From contig BTVY01000061.1 of the NCBI GenBank assembly GCA_045863335.1, positions 1 through 30,135 on the forward strand: a stretch of 30,135 nt of DNA. The letters run 5' to 3'. This document shows positions 18,001 to 26,738 of the stretch, in pieces. The notes beneath the pieces were generated by a model. The model ran no database searches, had not been told where the DNA came from, and was given only the letters and a program-made list of their open reading frames with translations. Every line of letters starts with the position of its first letter. The first letter of the stretch is position 1. Origin of the DNA: Candidatus Hydrogenedentota bacterium. GTDB taxonomy: Bacteria > Hydrogenedentota > Hydrogenedentia > Hydrogenedentales > SLHB01. Position numbers and translations under genes: made by a program.

Positions 18001-21000
18001 CGACAACGCTGTCACCTACGAGTATGGATCCGACACGAACGCCCCTGGTTCTCGATTCATCACGAAGATCACCGATCGCATGGGTACCGAAACCTATTTC
18101 GACTACGAATTCGGTCAGGACTACGAGCAAAACTGGGAGGCAACCAAAATAACGGTCACCGATGAGGCCGGACTGACTGCCGTTTATGATCGGAGTATCA
18201 CAACGGATGTCGCGACAATCACGGTTCAAGATCGATCCACCGTTCTGCGCAAGATCGTTAATACGCCGGTCACCGGTAATCTCAATTTATCCCGGTACAT
18301 GGACTATTATATCGACTCGACAAACTGCGAACGCTGGGAGTATGAATACGATCTCGGTTATAGACTCACGAAGGTGCTTACGCCTGCCGACGATGTCTGG
18401 CAGGAGTATGAATATGATTCTACGTTGTATGACCGCCTAACAAAAGCGCGTCGCGGTACGGGTCCATGGACGTATTTTGGCTATGCAGACGACTTCACCA
18501 GATATGCAAACAGCATTACCGGTCCCGATGGCACCGTTACGAATATCCACTATGACGCCAACGGGCGCATTTCCAAAGTAACACATCCATCAGTCGGTGC
18601 TTACGGGACCCAATACGCTTACGACTCATTTGGCGACGTAACGCGGGTAACTGACCCGTCTGGCAGATTCACGGACTACGCATACGATTCGGCGGGTAAT
18701 CTGACCGCCGTATCCGATCCGAATTCTAACGTGACGACGTTCTCCTATGATGACTTCGGGAATGTCACGTCGGTGACGGACCCGCGCAGCAAAACGACGG
18801 AGTATGAGTACGCCACGGGCGGGTGCTCGGGTTGTGGCGGGAGTTTCGGGCTTCTGACGAAGGTCATCGATCCGCTGGATGAAGAGACGACGATGGCCTA
18901 CGATACGAACGGGAACCTGACGAAGGTCACGGATGCCCTCGGCGTGGTGACGGATTATTTCTATGACGCGATGAACCGGTTGACGAAGGTGCAGACGCCG
19001 GCGCCGTCGGGGCCGTATATGACGCTGGCCTATGACAAGCAGGGGCAGGTCGTGTCGCGGACGGATTTTGAGGGGGTGACGACTACGTACGAGTACGACC
19101 ATAGGCAGCGCTTGACGAAGTCGACGGACCCGATTGACGACGTCACGGTGGCCTACGCGAGCGATGGGCTGTTGGATTCGGTGACGGATGGGTTGAGCCA
19201 TTCGACGGTTTACGATTACGATGGAGCGTTCCGGTTGACGTCCATCACGGATGCCGCGAGCAAGGTTGTAAAGTATTTCTATGACACCTCCGGGCGGATG
19301 ACGAAGGTGGGCGCGGGGTCTACGGGGACCTTTGATCCGACGGAGTATTTCTTCGACGCCACGACGGGGTTGATGACGAAGGTGCGGTATACGTCGGATA
19401 CGAGCACGTTTGATGCGAACTATTTCTACGACAGCCTCGCCAGAGTGACGAAGATCACGGATTGGATCGATGGGACGAATGGGTTGCGGTATGGGTATGA
19501 CGACGCGGGGCGGCTGACGTCCATCACGGATTACGATAACTCGACGTTGACGTATGCCTACGACGCGGCGGGGAATGTGACGTCGATGACGGATTATCAT
19601 GGGAACACGACGACGTATACGTACACGGATAGGAATGAGTTGAGCACGTTGACGGCGCCGGGGTCGAAGACGTGGACCTTCCACTACAACGACATCGGGC
19701 AGCCCACGTATTATGATATCCCGAACGGGATGACGACGAATTACGGGTACGATTCGCGGAATAGGCTGACGACGATCGAGCATAAGGACGGGACCACGGT
19801 GCTGGATGGGTTTGCGTATGCGTTGGATGACGTGGGGAACATCACGAGTACCACGCATGAGGATGGGTCGTTCTGGGATTACGAATATGACGGGCGGTAT
19901 CGCTTGACCAGCGCGGTGCGGAAGAATTCGAACGAGACCATCGAGGCCACGTATGCGTATACATACGATGCCGGTGACAATTTATTGACCAAGGTCGAGC
20001 CGTTTGAGGACGATTTTAACGACGGCAATTACACGGGCTGGTCGGCGTGGTCGGGCACGTGGAGCGCGGCGAACAATTATCTCCGCATGACGCCGGGGTC
20101 GGCGGCGACGATTGCCAAAGCCAACACGGACAATGACAACGAGTTGCGGTTCTCGTACGTCTGCAACGATACGAGCAACGCGGGCTACACGTTGACGGTG
20201 AGTCCGCGCTACGCGTCCAGCGGCGACCGGATTTACCTGGAGATCAAGCCCGGTTCGATCAACCTGTCGCAACGGGTCAGCGGCGTGTGGTCGTCGTTGG
20301 ATACGAGCGCCACGTCGAGCACGCAGGGCACCGAGTACGCCATCCGCGTCGTATGCGACGGGCAAAACGTGACGGTGTACCGCGCCGCGCCGGGCGCGTT
20401 GGAAGAGGAAATCCTCTCCACGTCCAGTTGCACCGTCGCCAGCACGAACAACGTCTCCTTCACCCCGTCCGCGAACGCGGACTACAGCATCGACAACATC
20501 CGCGTTCTGTCCAACGACCTCAGCAACACGACCACCTTCGCCGTCAACAACGCCAACGAACTCACGTCCATGACGGACTACAACGGCTCCACCACCTTCG
20601 GCTTCGACGCCTGGGGCCGCATGACGAGCAAGGCCCGCGGCAGCTATGCCGCCACCTACGGCTACCGCTACGGCCAAATGCTCCGCTCTCTTACCTCCGA
20701 CTTCCCCGGTGAAGGGAATGTGACGTATGAGTACGGGGCAAACCACAGACAGCGACAGTCCACAATCGGAGCTGCATCGGAATACTACAATTGGACGGCC
20801 AACCACGTTGTCAACGTAGAGAACGGGAGCGGAGGGTTGCAGCGCACCAGCATTGGCGGCACTTTGGCTGTGGTCACCGGTGCGTCAGCGGCCTCTGGTT
20901 CATATGAATACCATATGCACGATGTGATACTATCTGACGTTTCCGCATTTGACGCGGATAAACAAAGAACTGCGCGTCATGAGTACGAGCCTTACGGCGA

Positions 21001-21667
21001 TTCATATTCCAACATACTGCTCAGTAGTGGAATGACATTTGCAACTCACGCTTGGCGGACAAGTGCGGAAACCTATTTTGGGGTTTTCAGACAATACTCT
21101 CCGAGCCTTGGACGATGGCTCAGCCGAGATCCCTTGGGATTTGTCGATGGCTTCAATCTCTACTCTTACGTAATGGCAAATCCAGTAAGCCGTGTAGATC
21201 TGTGGGGGCTAGACATCTGGACGGAAGGGCCGAGCGGTAACGAGCCGTCCGGTCATATGAGCGTGTGTGTGGGCGATCCGAATGGATTCTATCAATCGTT
21301 CAGCTTTGGCTTGAATATCGGACTGTGGCCACCGCCTCCTGCAGGTGTAGCGTATCCAGATTTGGACTTGGGCGGAGATATCTACAAGTATCTGCCCACA
21401 ACCGATGAACAAGATATTGAAGCTACACAGATACTTCTTCAAGACTTGGATGATTACTGGAATCTTTACGGTCCCGAGAACTGTCGCACGTACAGTGATA
21501 GAAAGTGGACGAGCTTTCGGTTGAAGTACCAGGATTCGACCACACCAACCGATCCACCGATAAGAATGGGTCCCACTCCTGACCGGCCTTGGTGGAGAAG
21601 AATGTTCGATTGGTTCTCGACTACTTTCAGTTCTACCGAAGTCAATTCACTTTTTGGCGGGGGGTGA
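15059..21667 (+). CDS. Large Rhs/YD-repeat polymorphic toxin: signal peptide, TPR region, C39 peptidase, GG-leader motif, Rhs shell with lectin-like insert, C-terminal toxin
   Basis: GGGGAG RBS, signal peptide ending PSAAGA; TPR-like FLTAYPNADYKDRALLQMGGLY..QVIAEFPEG; C39 motifs LCGPYAL, GTSMLGLIEAA, NHFVYV, YRD, WNGEAL; many YD repeats; core end GRWLSRDPLG..NLYSYVMANPVSRVDLWGL. Confidence 0.93.
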   Translation: MLALLKNRVWLRIVTVFTIATFLPSAAGAWNFFPAKLDAEEASAPENPWADLPWVTAEQSAAADFSLLPWESTGEGASLDGFHSPLKLANLDTPSGSPGDSTEMAKSSSQDSGNSLEAQGYRPVQLAKATGGLPNASELLANLAAMSEKKDEPKNEPVVLAQAEPAAPEPLPAPGTLAYQVAEAKASFDNGEYVSAGLSFLSLANQYSSAEAIAEADDGVSSIMQGTLDGTIPFSVMDAFTAQLPPWESLSTEARYILVSAYNNGVESAIEKNNPAGVTYYIPQGLAVASAFCHENGDSYFIQSAVDYYHDTATAAGPEQVALLIAEFEDIASVHNPEESSLAGPLHKIAVLDVLDRHFAEVEHNFQRSPYYCAMIEGAAASSEFQAVFDNKDVQPWVKAFYAFVVGRALWRLHKYEEAYAMYNQGIAYGPDRGSTRQALEFYATQVYSIIMGDDEYAGILAFNDFLTAYPNADYKDRALLQMGGLYLRAGDWASALEFFRQVIAEFPEGQVAKVCQGEIDYIMNNLYGTVQVAKTRSDASVTDAVRTAQLCGPYALRELLAARNIDASVEQLAQVAGSDEDGTSMLGLIEAANGYNVQLSGVQYASVDTLQVPCLAFVNGNHFVYVESVDTDWIKYRDIQLGSGRMATRRFASIWNGEALVTDAPIQTATLLTSESLSMLVGGCDDGGGDTTEIEESDYEEDCPTQNAHTVGRSGGGSASGCGGCGANTPCSPAARISTNSPGVNVMIDGFQSRMVITENDLSLDCPGPLRLFFERIYTNPVGYQKEYSELGDGWTHTYSQENGFYQAAAWSHAFITTTLETRYFDVENIHTNLHVSLPRGGHYSRSTSAPEFLDGNCAVEHPDPYIYERNGVTYQYEPTATYTDAFGDCGDIFHALTVSTQYRLASIHSASAGALSMSYDGSGRVTMVTAPGSAGQVLHITYAGDRISQASLSVDSTPIAVVEYEYNANGELTKVLDINDNAVTYEYGSDTNAPGSRFITKITDRMGTETYFDYEFGQDYEQNWEATKITVTDEAGLTAVYDRSITTDVATITVQDRSTVLRKIVNTPVTGNLNLSRYMDYYIDSTNCERWEYEYDLGYRLTKVLTPADDVWQEYEYDSTLYDRLTKARRGTGPWTYFGYADDFTRYANSITGPDGTVTNIHYDANGRISKVTHPSVGAYGTQYAYDSFGDVTRVTDPSGRFTDYAYDSAGNLTAVSDPNSNVTTFSYDDFGNVTSVTDPRSKTTEYEYATGGCSGCGGSFGLLTKVIDPLDEETTMAYDTNGNLTKVTDALGVVTDYFYDAMNRLTKVQTPAPSGPYMTLAYDKQGQVVSRTDFEGVTTTYEYDHRQRLTKSTDPIDDVTVAYASDGLLDSVTDGLSHSTVYDYDGAFRLTSITDAASKVVKYFYDTSGRMTKVGAGSTGTFDPTEYFFDATTGLMTKVRYTSDTSTFDANYFYDSLARVTKITDWIDGTNGLRYGYDDAGRLTSITDYDNSTLTYAYDAAGNVTSMTDYHGNTTTYTYTDRNELSTLTAPGSKTWTFHYNDIGQPTYYDIPNGMTTNYGYDSRNRLTTIEHKDGTTVLDGFAYALDDVGNITSTTHEDGSFWDYEYDGRYRLTSAVRKNSNETIEATYAYTYDAGDNLLTKVEPFEDDFNDGNYTGWSAWSGTWSAANNYLRMTPGSAATIAKANTDNDNELRFSYVCNDTSNAGYTLTVSPRYASSGDRIYLEIKPGSINLSQRVSGVWSSLDTSATSSTQGTEYAIRVVCDGQNVTVYRAAPGALEEEILSTSSCTVASTNNVSFTPSANADYSIDNIRVLSNDLSNTTTFAVNNANELTSMTDYNGSTTFGFDAWGRMTSKARGSYAATYGYRYGQMLRSLTSDFPGEGNVTYEYGANHRQRQSTIGAASEYYNWTANHVVNVENGSGGLQRTSIGGTLAVVTGASAASGSYEYHMHDVILSDVSAFDADKQRTARHEYEPYGDSYSNILLSSGMTFATHAWRTSAETYFGVFRQYSPSLGRWLSRDPLGFVDGFNLYSYVMANPVSRVDLWGLDIWTEGPSGNEPSGHMSVCVGDPNGFYQSFSFGLNIGLWPPPPAGVAYPDLDLGGDIYKYLPTTDEQDIEATQILLQDLDDYWNLYGPENCRTYSDRKWTSFRLKYQDSTTPTDPPIRMGPTPDRPWWRRMFDWFSTTFSSTEVNSLFGGG
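19529..20735 (+). repeat. Master copy of the Rhs homology block repeated in the orphan cassettes
   Basis: Recurs at ~21984-22790, ~24303-25397 and ~26775-27983; the stretch from CCGGGCGCGTTGGAAGAG to GGCTACCGCTACGG is nearly identical in all four copies. Confidence 0.92.
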
Positions 21668-21670
21668 AAT

Positions 21671-21931
21671 GTGCTCTCGGATCGCAAGAATAGGGACTTG
21701 ATCGTTGCACTACTATTTCTGGGGCTAAGTGTAGCATTTTCGCATGTCTCTTCTCCCCAGTACACACGGGTCTTGGTATTGTCGCTTCTGCTAGCTCTAG
21801 CGGGAGTTGCGACATGCACTGCTCACATCGCCTGTTTCGCCCAGAGGCGTTGGCTGTTCATAGGCGTCGGTTTGATTATCTTAATCTACGCCGTTTTACT
21901 AGGGACTACATTGTTTGACGAATGGGGTTGA
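21671..21931 (+). CDS. Small membrane protein, putative immunity protein of the lead Rhs toxin
   Basis: Starts 3 nt after the toxin stop; three hydrophobic segments; lower GC. Confidence 0.6.
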   Translation: MLSDRKNRDLIVALLFLGLSVAFSHVSSPQYTRVLVLSLLLALAGVATCTAHIACFAQRRWLFIGVGLIILIYAVLLGTTLFDEWG

Positions 21932-23741
21932 GTTTCTTCTTTCTAGGGAAATGAAGGGACAGACCACGAAATACACGGAGGCCGAGCCGTTCGAGGACGA
22001 CTTCAATGACGGCAATTACACCGGCTGGTCGGCGTGGGGCGGCACGTGGAGCGCGGCGAACATGGTAGGTGTCTTTCGCTATCACGCTCAGCCGCGTGAT
22101 AGCTGGCGACGCGGGCGGTTTCGCTCCGCTGCAACCGCCGGCATGACGCCTGGGTCGGCGGCCACGATTGCGAAGGCGAACACGGACAACGACAACGAGG
22201 TCCGGTTCTCGTACGTGTGCAACGACACGAGCAACGCGGGCTACGCGTTGACGGTGAGTCCGCGGTATGCGTCGAGCGGCGACCGGATTTACCTGCTCAT
22301 CAAGCCGGGCGTAGTCACCCTGAACCAACGCGTGGGCGGCGTGTGGTCGTCGTTGGATGCCCAGATTCTCACAAGCACGCAGGGCATCGAGTACACCATC
22401 CGCGTCGTGTGCGACGGGCAGGACGTGCAGGTGTTCCGCACCGCGCCGGGCGCGTTGGAAGAGAAAATCCTCTCCACCTCCAGTTGCACCGTCGCCAGCA
22501 CGAACAACGTCTCCTTCACCCCGTCCGCGAACGCGGACTACAGCATCGACAACATCCGCGTTCTGTCCAACGACCTCAGCAACACGACCACCTTCGCCGT
22601 CAACAACGCCAACGAACTCACGTCCATGACGGACTACAACGGCTCCACCACCTTCGGCTTCGACGCCTGGGGCCGCATGACCTCCAAGGCCCGCGGCAGC
22701 TACGCCGCCACCTACGGCTACCGCTACGGGGATATGCTCTGCTCGGTTGCCAGTGATTTTCCGGGAGAGGGGGATGTGACGTATGAATATGGCGAAGACG
22801 GCAAAAGACGCGAAAGGCACGTGAATGGTCAGGAGACATACTATCGCTGGGGATCTGGGCGGCAGCGGATTAGCGATGAAGATGGAAGCGGGACATTACA
22901 AAACACGTATATTGGCGCAGCTCTCGCTCATGTGTCGGGCGAGAACGCTGCTACGGGTGAAGTTCAGTACTATTTGCGGGACTTTCAGCGATCAATAAGA
23001 AGTATTCGAGACCAACAAAGGGGGTTGGTGCTGGCGGACGAATGGACGCCGGTGGGGAAAAAGTATTTCGAATCAGGTGCGTCAATACGAAGCGTATTCT
23101 CGGAACTCGATTGGGATTCCACGGCGCATGGCTATCTTGCCCTAATGCGTTTCTATGATGCGCAAACATCTCGGTGGAATCAGCGAGATCCTTTGTCATT
23201 CATAGACAGTACGAATTTGTACCTTTATGTAAAAGGCAATCCAATCGCGTTCACCGATCCACTCGGATCAAGTGTCGCCTTGCCGTACCCTTGGGTTGGT
23301 CCCGTGGCCGGTGGTTGTGCTCTTGCGGATGGTCCATTCCCAGTCGGAGATTTTCTCGCACTGGCGTTACTCCTAGTAGTCGGTCTTTGCGCCGCCGACT
23401 CCACGGGAGACCCGCCTCCCGGATGGATAGATCCCGAAAACAGGAGGACTTGTTCCGGGTCGGTGTATGACTTGCTCGTTAAGAACGTGCATGAGAAGTG
23501 CAAGAATGTGGATGGCATGGCGAAATGCCGACATGAGGTTGACGATATGGCAACATTGACGGTGAAAATGGAAATATTCAGCACATGCTTAGCGGCGCGA
23601 ATGACTCTCAACAGGGTGTGCTTCAATGGTGGGACTAAAAACCATCGAAGGGAAGTGGGAGCCATGGCAAAGAATGTTCTGAAGTGTGCAGGTGAGATGG
23701 AATTGAGAAGACGAAAAGACGCTAAGCAGAATCAAGAGTAA
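21915..23741 (+). CDS. Orphan Rhs-CT cassette 1; Cys-rich helical toxin tip resembling Ntox16
   Basis: Homology to the lead gene from ~21984; core end SRWNQRDPL..NPIAFTDPLG (~23267); ALADGPFPVGD plus hydrophobic helix; tip CLAAR..LNRVCFNGGTKNH. No convincing start, so probably silent. Confidence 0.8.
   Translation: MTNGVEFLLSREMKGQTTKYTEAEPFEDDFNDGNYTGWSAWGGTWSAANMVGVFRYHAQPRDSWRRGRFRSAATAGMTPGSAATIAKANTDNDNEVRFSYVCNDTSNAGYALTVSPRYASSGDRIYLLIKPGVVTLNQRVGGVWSSLDAQILTSTQGIEYTIRVVCDGQDVQVFRTAPGALEEKILSTSSCTVASTNNVSFTPSANADYSIDNIRVLSNDLSNTTTFAVNNANELTSMTDYNGSTTFGFDAWGRMTSKARGSYAATYGYRYGDMLCSVASDFPGEGDVTYEYGEDGKRRERHVNGQETYYRWGSGRQRISDEDGSGTLQNTYIGAALAHVSGENAATGEVQYYLRDFQRSIRSIRDQQRGLVLADEWTPVGKKYFESGASIRSVFSELDWDSTAHGYLALMRFYDAQTSRWNQRDPLSFIDSTNLYLYVKGNPIAFTDPLGSSVALPYPWVGPVAGGCALADGPFPVGDFLALALLLVVGLCAADSTGDPPPGWIDPENRRTCSGSVYDLLVKNVHEKCKNVDGMAKCRHEVDDMATLTVKMEIFSTCLAARMTLNRVCFNGGTKNHRREVGAMAKNVLKCAGEMELRRRKDAKQNQE
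22063..22140. repeat. REP-like double-hairpin insertion inside orphan cassette 1
   Basis: 78 nt absent from the three sister copies; GTAG near the 5' end, hairpins GCTATCACGC-N6-GCGTGATAGC and GGCGGTT-N12-AACCGCC. Confidence 0.6.
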
Positions 23742-23763
23742 GACTCGAAGTCAGAGCGGGACC

Positions 23764-24243
23764 ATGGTTAACGAGCAGAGTTTCGAGAAGGTTCGAGAAT
23801 CGGTACAGGATGCTTTTGCGGTCAGACCGATTCCTTGTGGGCGATCTGTAGTGTCGCTTGATCCGGACTACGACCTTGAGAGTAAGCAGGTCATGGACGA
23901 CTTTGGCGGGAAGACTTGGACAGAGCTTTCCGAAGAGTTTCTTGTCGATAACATTAGCGCCGTGTCTTTCCTCAGTGACAGTGCATTGTTCTATTTCCTC
24001 CCGTCCTATCTAATTTGCGGTTCGGGCGATAGCTCCAAGGCCGCGTTGATCCGCGACACGATCATATTTCGTCTTGTTGCTGTTGAGTATGTCAGAGATG
24101 AGAGCACTCTGACTCGCGAATTGAAGACGCTAAGCCACTCGCAAAAGGACGCGTTGCGCGATTGTCTCAATTATTGGAAGGTTCGATTTCCAGAGGATCG
24201 CATGACTGAAGAGATCGATATTATGTTACGGTATATCTACTAA
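23764..24243 (+). CDS. Putative immunity protein (DUF6714-like)
   Basis: Directly after orphan toxin 1; DFGGKTWTEL..VSFLSDSALFYFLPSYL matches my recollection of the DUF6714 pattern. Confidence 0.65.
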   Translation: MVNEQSFEKVRESVQDAFAVRPIPCGRSVVSLDPDYDLESKQVMDDFGGKTWTELSEEFLVDNISAVSFLSDSALFYFLPSYLICGSGDSSKAALIRDTIIFRLVAVEYVRDESTLTRELKTLSHSQKDALRDCLNYWKVRFPEDRMTEEIDIMLRYIY

Positions 24244-24250
24244 TACATAG

Positions 24251-26278
24251 TTGTTGGTATCGTTGCGCTTATTTCAATTACAACTGCGCAGCGCATTGAG
24301 ATGCACCTTGACCGCGCCGGGGTCGAAGACGTGGACGTTCCATTACAACGACATCGGGCAGCCCACGTATTACAATATCCCGAACGGGATGACGACGAAT
24401 TATGGGTACGATTCCCGGAATAGGCTGACGACCATCGAGCACAAGGATGGGACCACGGTGCTGGACGGGTTTACGTACACCCTGGACGATGTGGGGAATA
24501 TCACGAGCACGACGCATGAGGATGGGTCGTTCTGGGAGTATCTCTACGATGGGCGGTATAGGTTGACGAGCGCGGTGCGGAGCAATGCGAACGAGACCAT
24601 CGAGGCGAGCTATGCCTATACCTATGATGCCGGAGATAACCTGCTGACCAAGGTCGAGCCCTTCGAAGACGATTTCAATGACGGCAACTACACCGGCTGG
24701 TCCGTCTGGTCCGGCACGTGGAGCGCGGCGAACAACTACCTCCGGATGACGCCGGGGTCCGCGGCGACGATTGCCAAGGCGAATACGGATAACGACAACG
24801 AACTGCGCTTCTCGTACGTCTGCAACGACACGAGCAACGCGGGGTATACGCTGACGGTCAGCCCACGCTACGCATCCAGCGGGGATCGGGTGTACGTCAA
24901 CATCCTGCCGGGGTCCATCAACCTCGCGCAACGCGTGGGCGGCGTGTGGTCGTCCTTGGACACCAGCGCTACGTCGAGCACGCAGGGCGTTGAGTACACC
25001 ATCCGCGCCGTGTGCGACGGGCAGAACGTGCAGGTGTTCCGCACCACGCCGGGCGCGTTGGAAGAGGAAATCCTCTCCACGTCCAGTTGCACCGTCGCCA
25101 GCACGAACAACGTCTCCTTCACCCCGTCCGCGAACGCGGACTACAGCATCGACAACATCCGCGTTCTGTCCAACGACCTCAGCAACACGACCACCTTCGC
25201 CGTCAACAACGCCAACGAACTCACGTCCATGACGGACTACAACGGCTCGACCACCTTCGGTTTCGACGCCTGGGGCCGAATGACCGGCAAGGCCCGCGGC
25301 AGCTACGCCGCCACCTACGGCTACCGCTACGGCCAGATGCTCCGCTCCGTCACCAGCGACTTCCCCGGCGAAGGCGATGTGACGTATGAGTATGGCGGGG
25401 ATCGGAAGCGACGGCAGCGAGATGACGGTGTCGAATCTACGTGGTACAACTATGAATTCGGCTGGATAGCAATTAGTGAAGAAGGACAAGATGGTGTTCT
25501 TGAGCGTACGTATTTTGGTGACCACTTGGCGATATCGGATGGAACAAACCCGTCCTCAGGGAGTTGGAAGTATCCTGTTCAAGACAATCTGGGCTCACTC
25601 GTGGGAGTCAGGGACCACGCCAAGAATTCTGTCACGGCACGTGAATTTGGTCCCTATGGCACTGATTATGATAGCAGCGGCGAGATCGCCGCTCCGTCCC
25701 GCAGCTATACTGGGCACACTTTCGATGGGGCATCTAAGTTGTACTTTGCCCCATATCGGTTCTTTAGCTCTATCCAATCTCGCTGGATCACTAAAGATCC
25801 GTTAGGACTTGTCGACGGACCAAATATGTATGGCTACGTTAGGGGGCGGGTTATAAACTTTCGAGATGCCTTGGGATTGCACACACAGGCAGAGTGCCGC
25901 GCCGATGCTTTTAGGGCTCAGAGGAACTGCATGAGCATTGCGGATGACGCCTATGACATCATGGTTCAAAATGCAAATGATCAGTACTGGAATGCCATGA
26001 CAGTTATTGAGGAGCATAAACAGAGCTGCTATATTCTGACGTGCGAACGGTGGTTTGGATTTGATCGAGATTCAGATGCATATGTCAGATGCACATGGAT
26101 GTGCGAAGTAGCCGCAAGTGAGGGGGCCACGGCTGCATTCTATGAATATAACCAGGAATTGCTTGTTGCCGGGGCTATGCATGCCAAGGATGTAGCGTCA
26201 TGCAATGCATCGTTTCTAATTGCGAAGGCCAAATGTAGCTTGCATCCTCAGAACAAGCTCTTTCATCCTTGTGAATAA
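24251..26278 (+). CDS. Orphan Rhs-CT cassette 2; Cys-rich helical tip of unknown function
   Basis: Homology to the lead gene from ~24303; core end SRWITKDPLGLVDGPNMYGYV..RDALGL (~25879); no convincing start. Confidence 0.8.
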   Translation: MLVSLRLFQLQLRSALRCTLTAPGSKTWTFHYNDIGQPTYYNIPNGMTTNYGYDSRNRLTTIEHKDGTTVLDGFTYTLDDVGNITSTTHEDGSFWEYLYDGRYRLTSAVRSNANETIEASYAYTYDAGDNLLTKVEPFEDDFNDGNYTGWSVWSGTWSAANNYLRMTPGSAATIAKANTDNDNELRFSYVCNDTSNAGYTLTVSPRYASSGDRVYVNILPGSINLAQRVGGVWSSLDTSATSSTQGVEYTIRAVCDGQNVQVFRTTPGALEEEILSTSSCTVASTNNVSFTPSANADYSIDNIRVLSNDLSNTTTFAVNNANELTSMTDYNGSTTFGFDAWGRMTGKARGSYAATYGYRYGQMLRSVTSDFPGEGDVTYEYGGDRKRRQRDDGVESTWYNYEFGWIAISEEGQDGVLERTYFGDHLAISDGTNPSSGSWKYPVQDNLGSLVGVRDHAKNSVTAREFGPYGTDYDSSGEIAAPSRSYTGHTFDGASKLYFAPYRFFSSIQSRWITKDPLGLVDGPNMYGYVRGRVINFRDALGLHTQAECRADAFRAQRNCMSIADDAYDIMVQNANDQYWNAMTVIEEHKQSCYILTCERWFGFDRDSDAYVRCTWMCEVAASEGATAAFYEYNQELLVAGAMHAKDVASCNASFLIAKAKCSLHPQNKLFHPCE

Positions 26279-26383
26279 GGATTATGTAGAACGAACTACG
26301 CCAGAACATACGGGTTATATAATTGCTTTCAAAGGTAGAGCGATGCCCGCGAGAGAACTCTGCAACATATTGGAGCCTACGGG

Positions 26384-26653
26384 ATGCTAATTCGGGCGGT
26401 AGTGTTCATGATATGTTTCCCTGTATCTGTGTGCGTAATTTCATTGTCCGTATATGGTCTTACGCGCATTATCAAAGCTATCTATACCGAGACCTATTTT
26501 GGTGCCTTTGCGATGTTCGGGCAGCCTTTTGATCTGGTTCTCGAGATAGCAATGATTGTCCTCGTTAGTATTCCAATCGTCCTACCGGCGTGCTGGCTAT
26601 TCGTAAACCTTCGCAAATTACTCAATCGCGCTTCTTGGAAATCGAAAGGATAG
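26384..26653 (+). CDS. Small two-TM membrane protein, putative immunity protein
   Basis: GGAG RBS; two hydrophobic helices; follows orphan toxin 2. Confidence 0.55.
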   Translation: MLIRAVVFMICFPVSVCVISLSVYGLTRIIKAIYTETYFGAFAMFGQPFDLVLEIAMIVLVSIPIVLPACWLFVNLRKLLNRASWKSKG

Positions 26654-26738
26654 AGAGGCGCAGTACTCTATTACGGAACGCGAGTGCAATAAATGGGGAC
26701 GTCCATGATAGGTATAAGTCAAGAGGCAAAGCGGGCGG

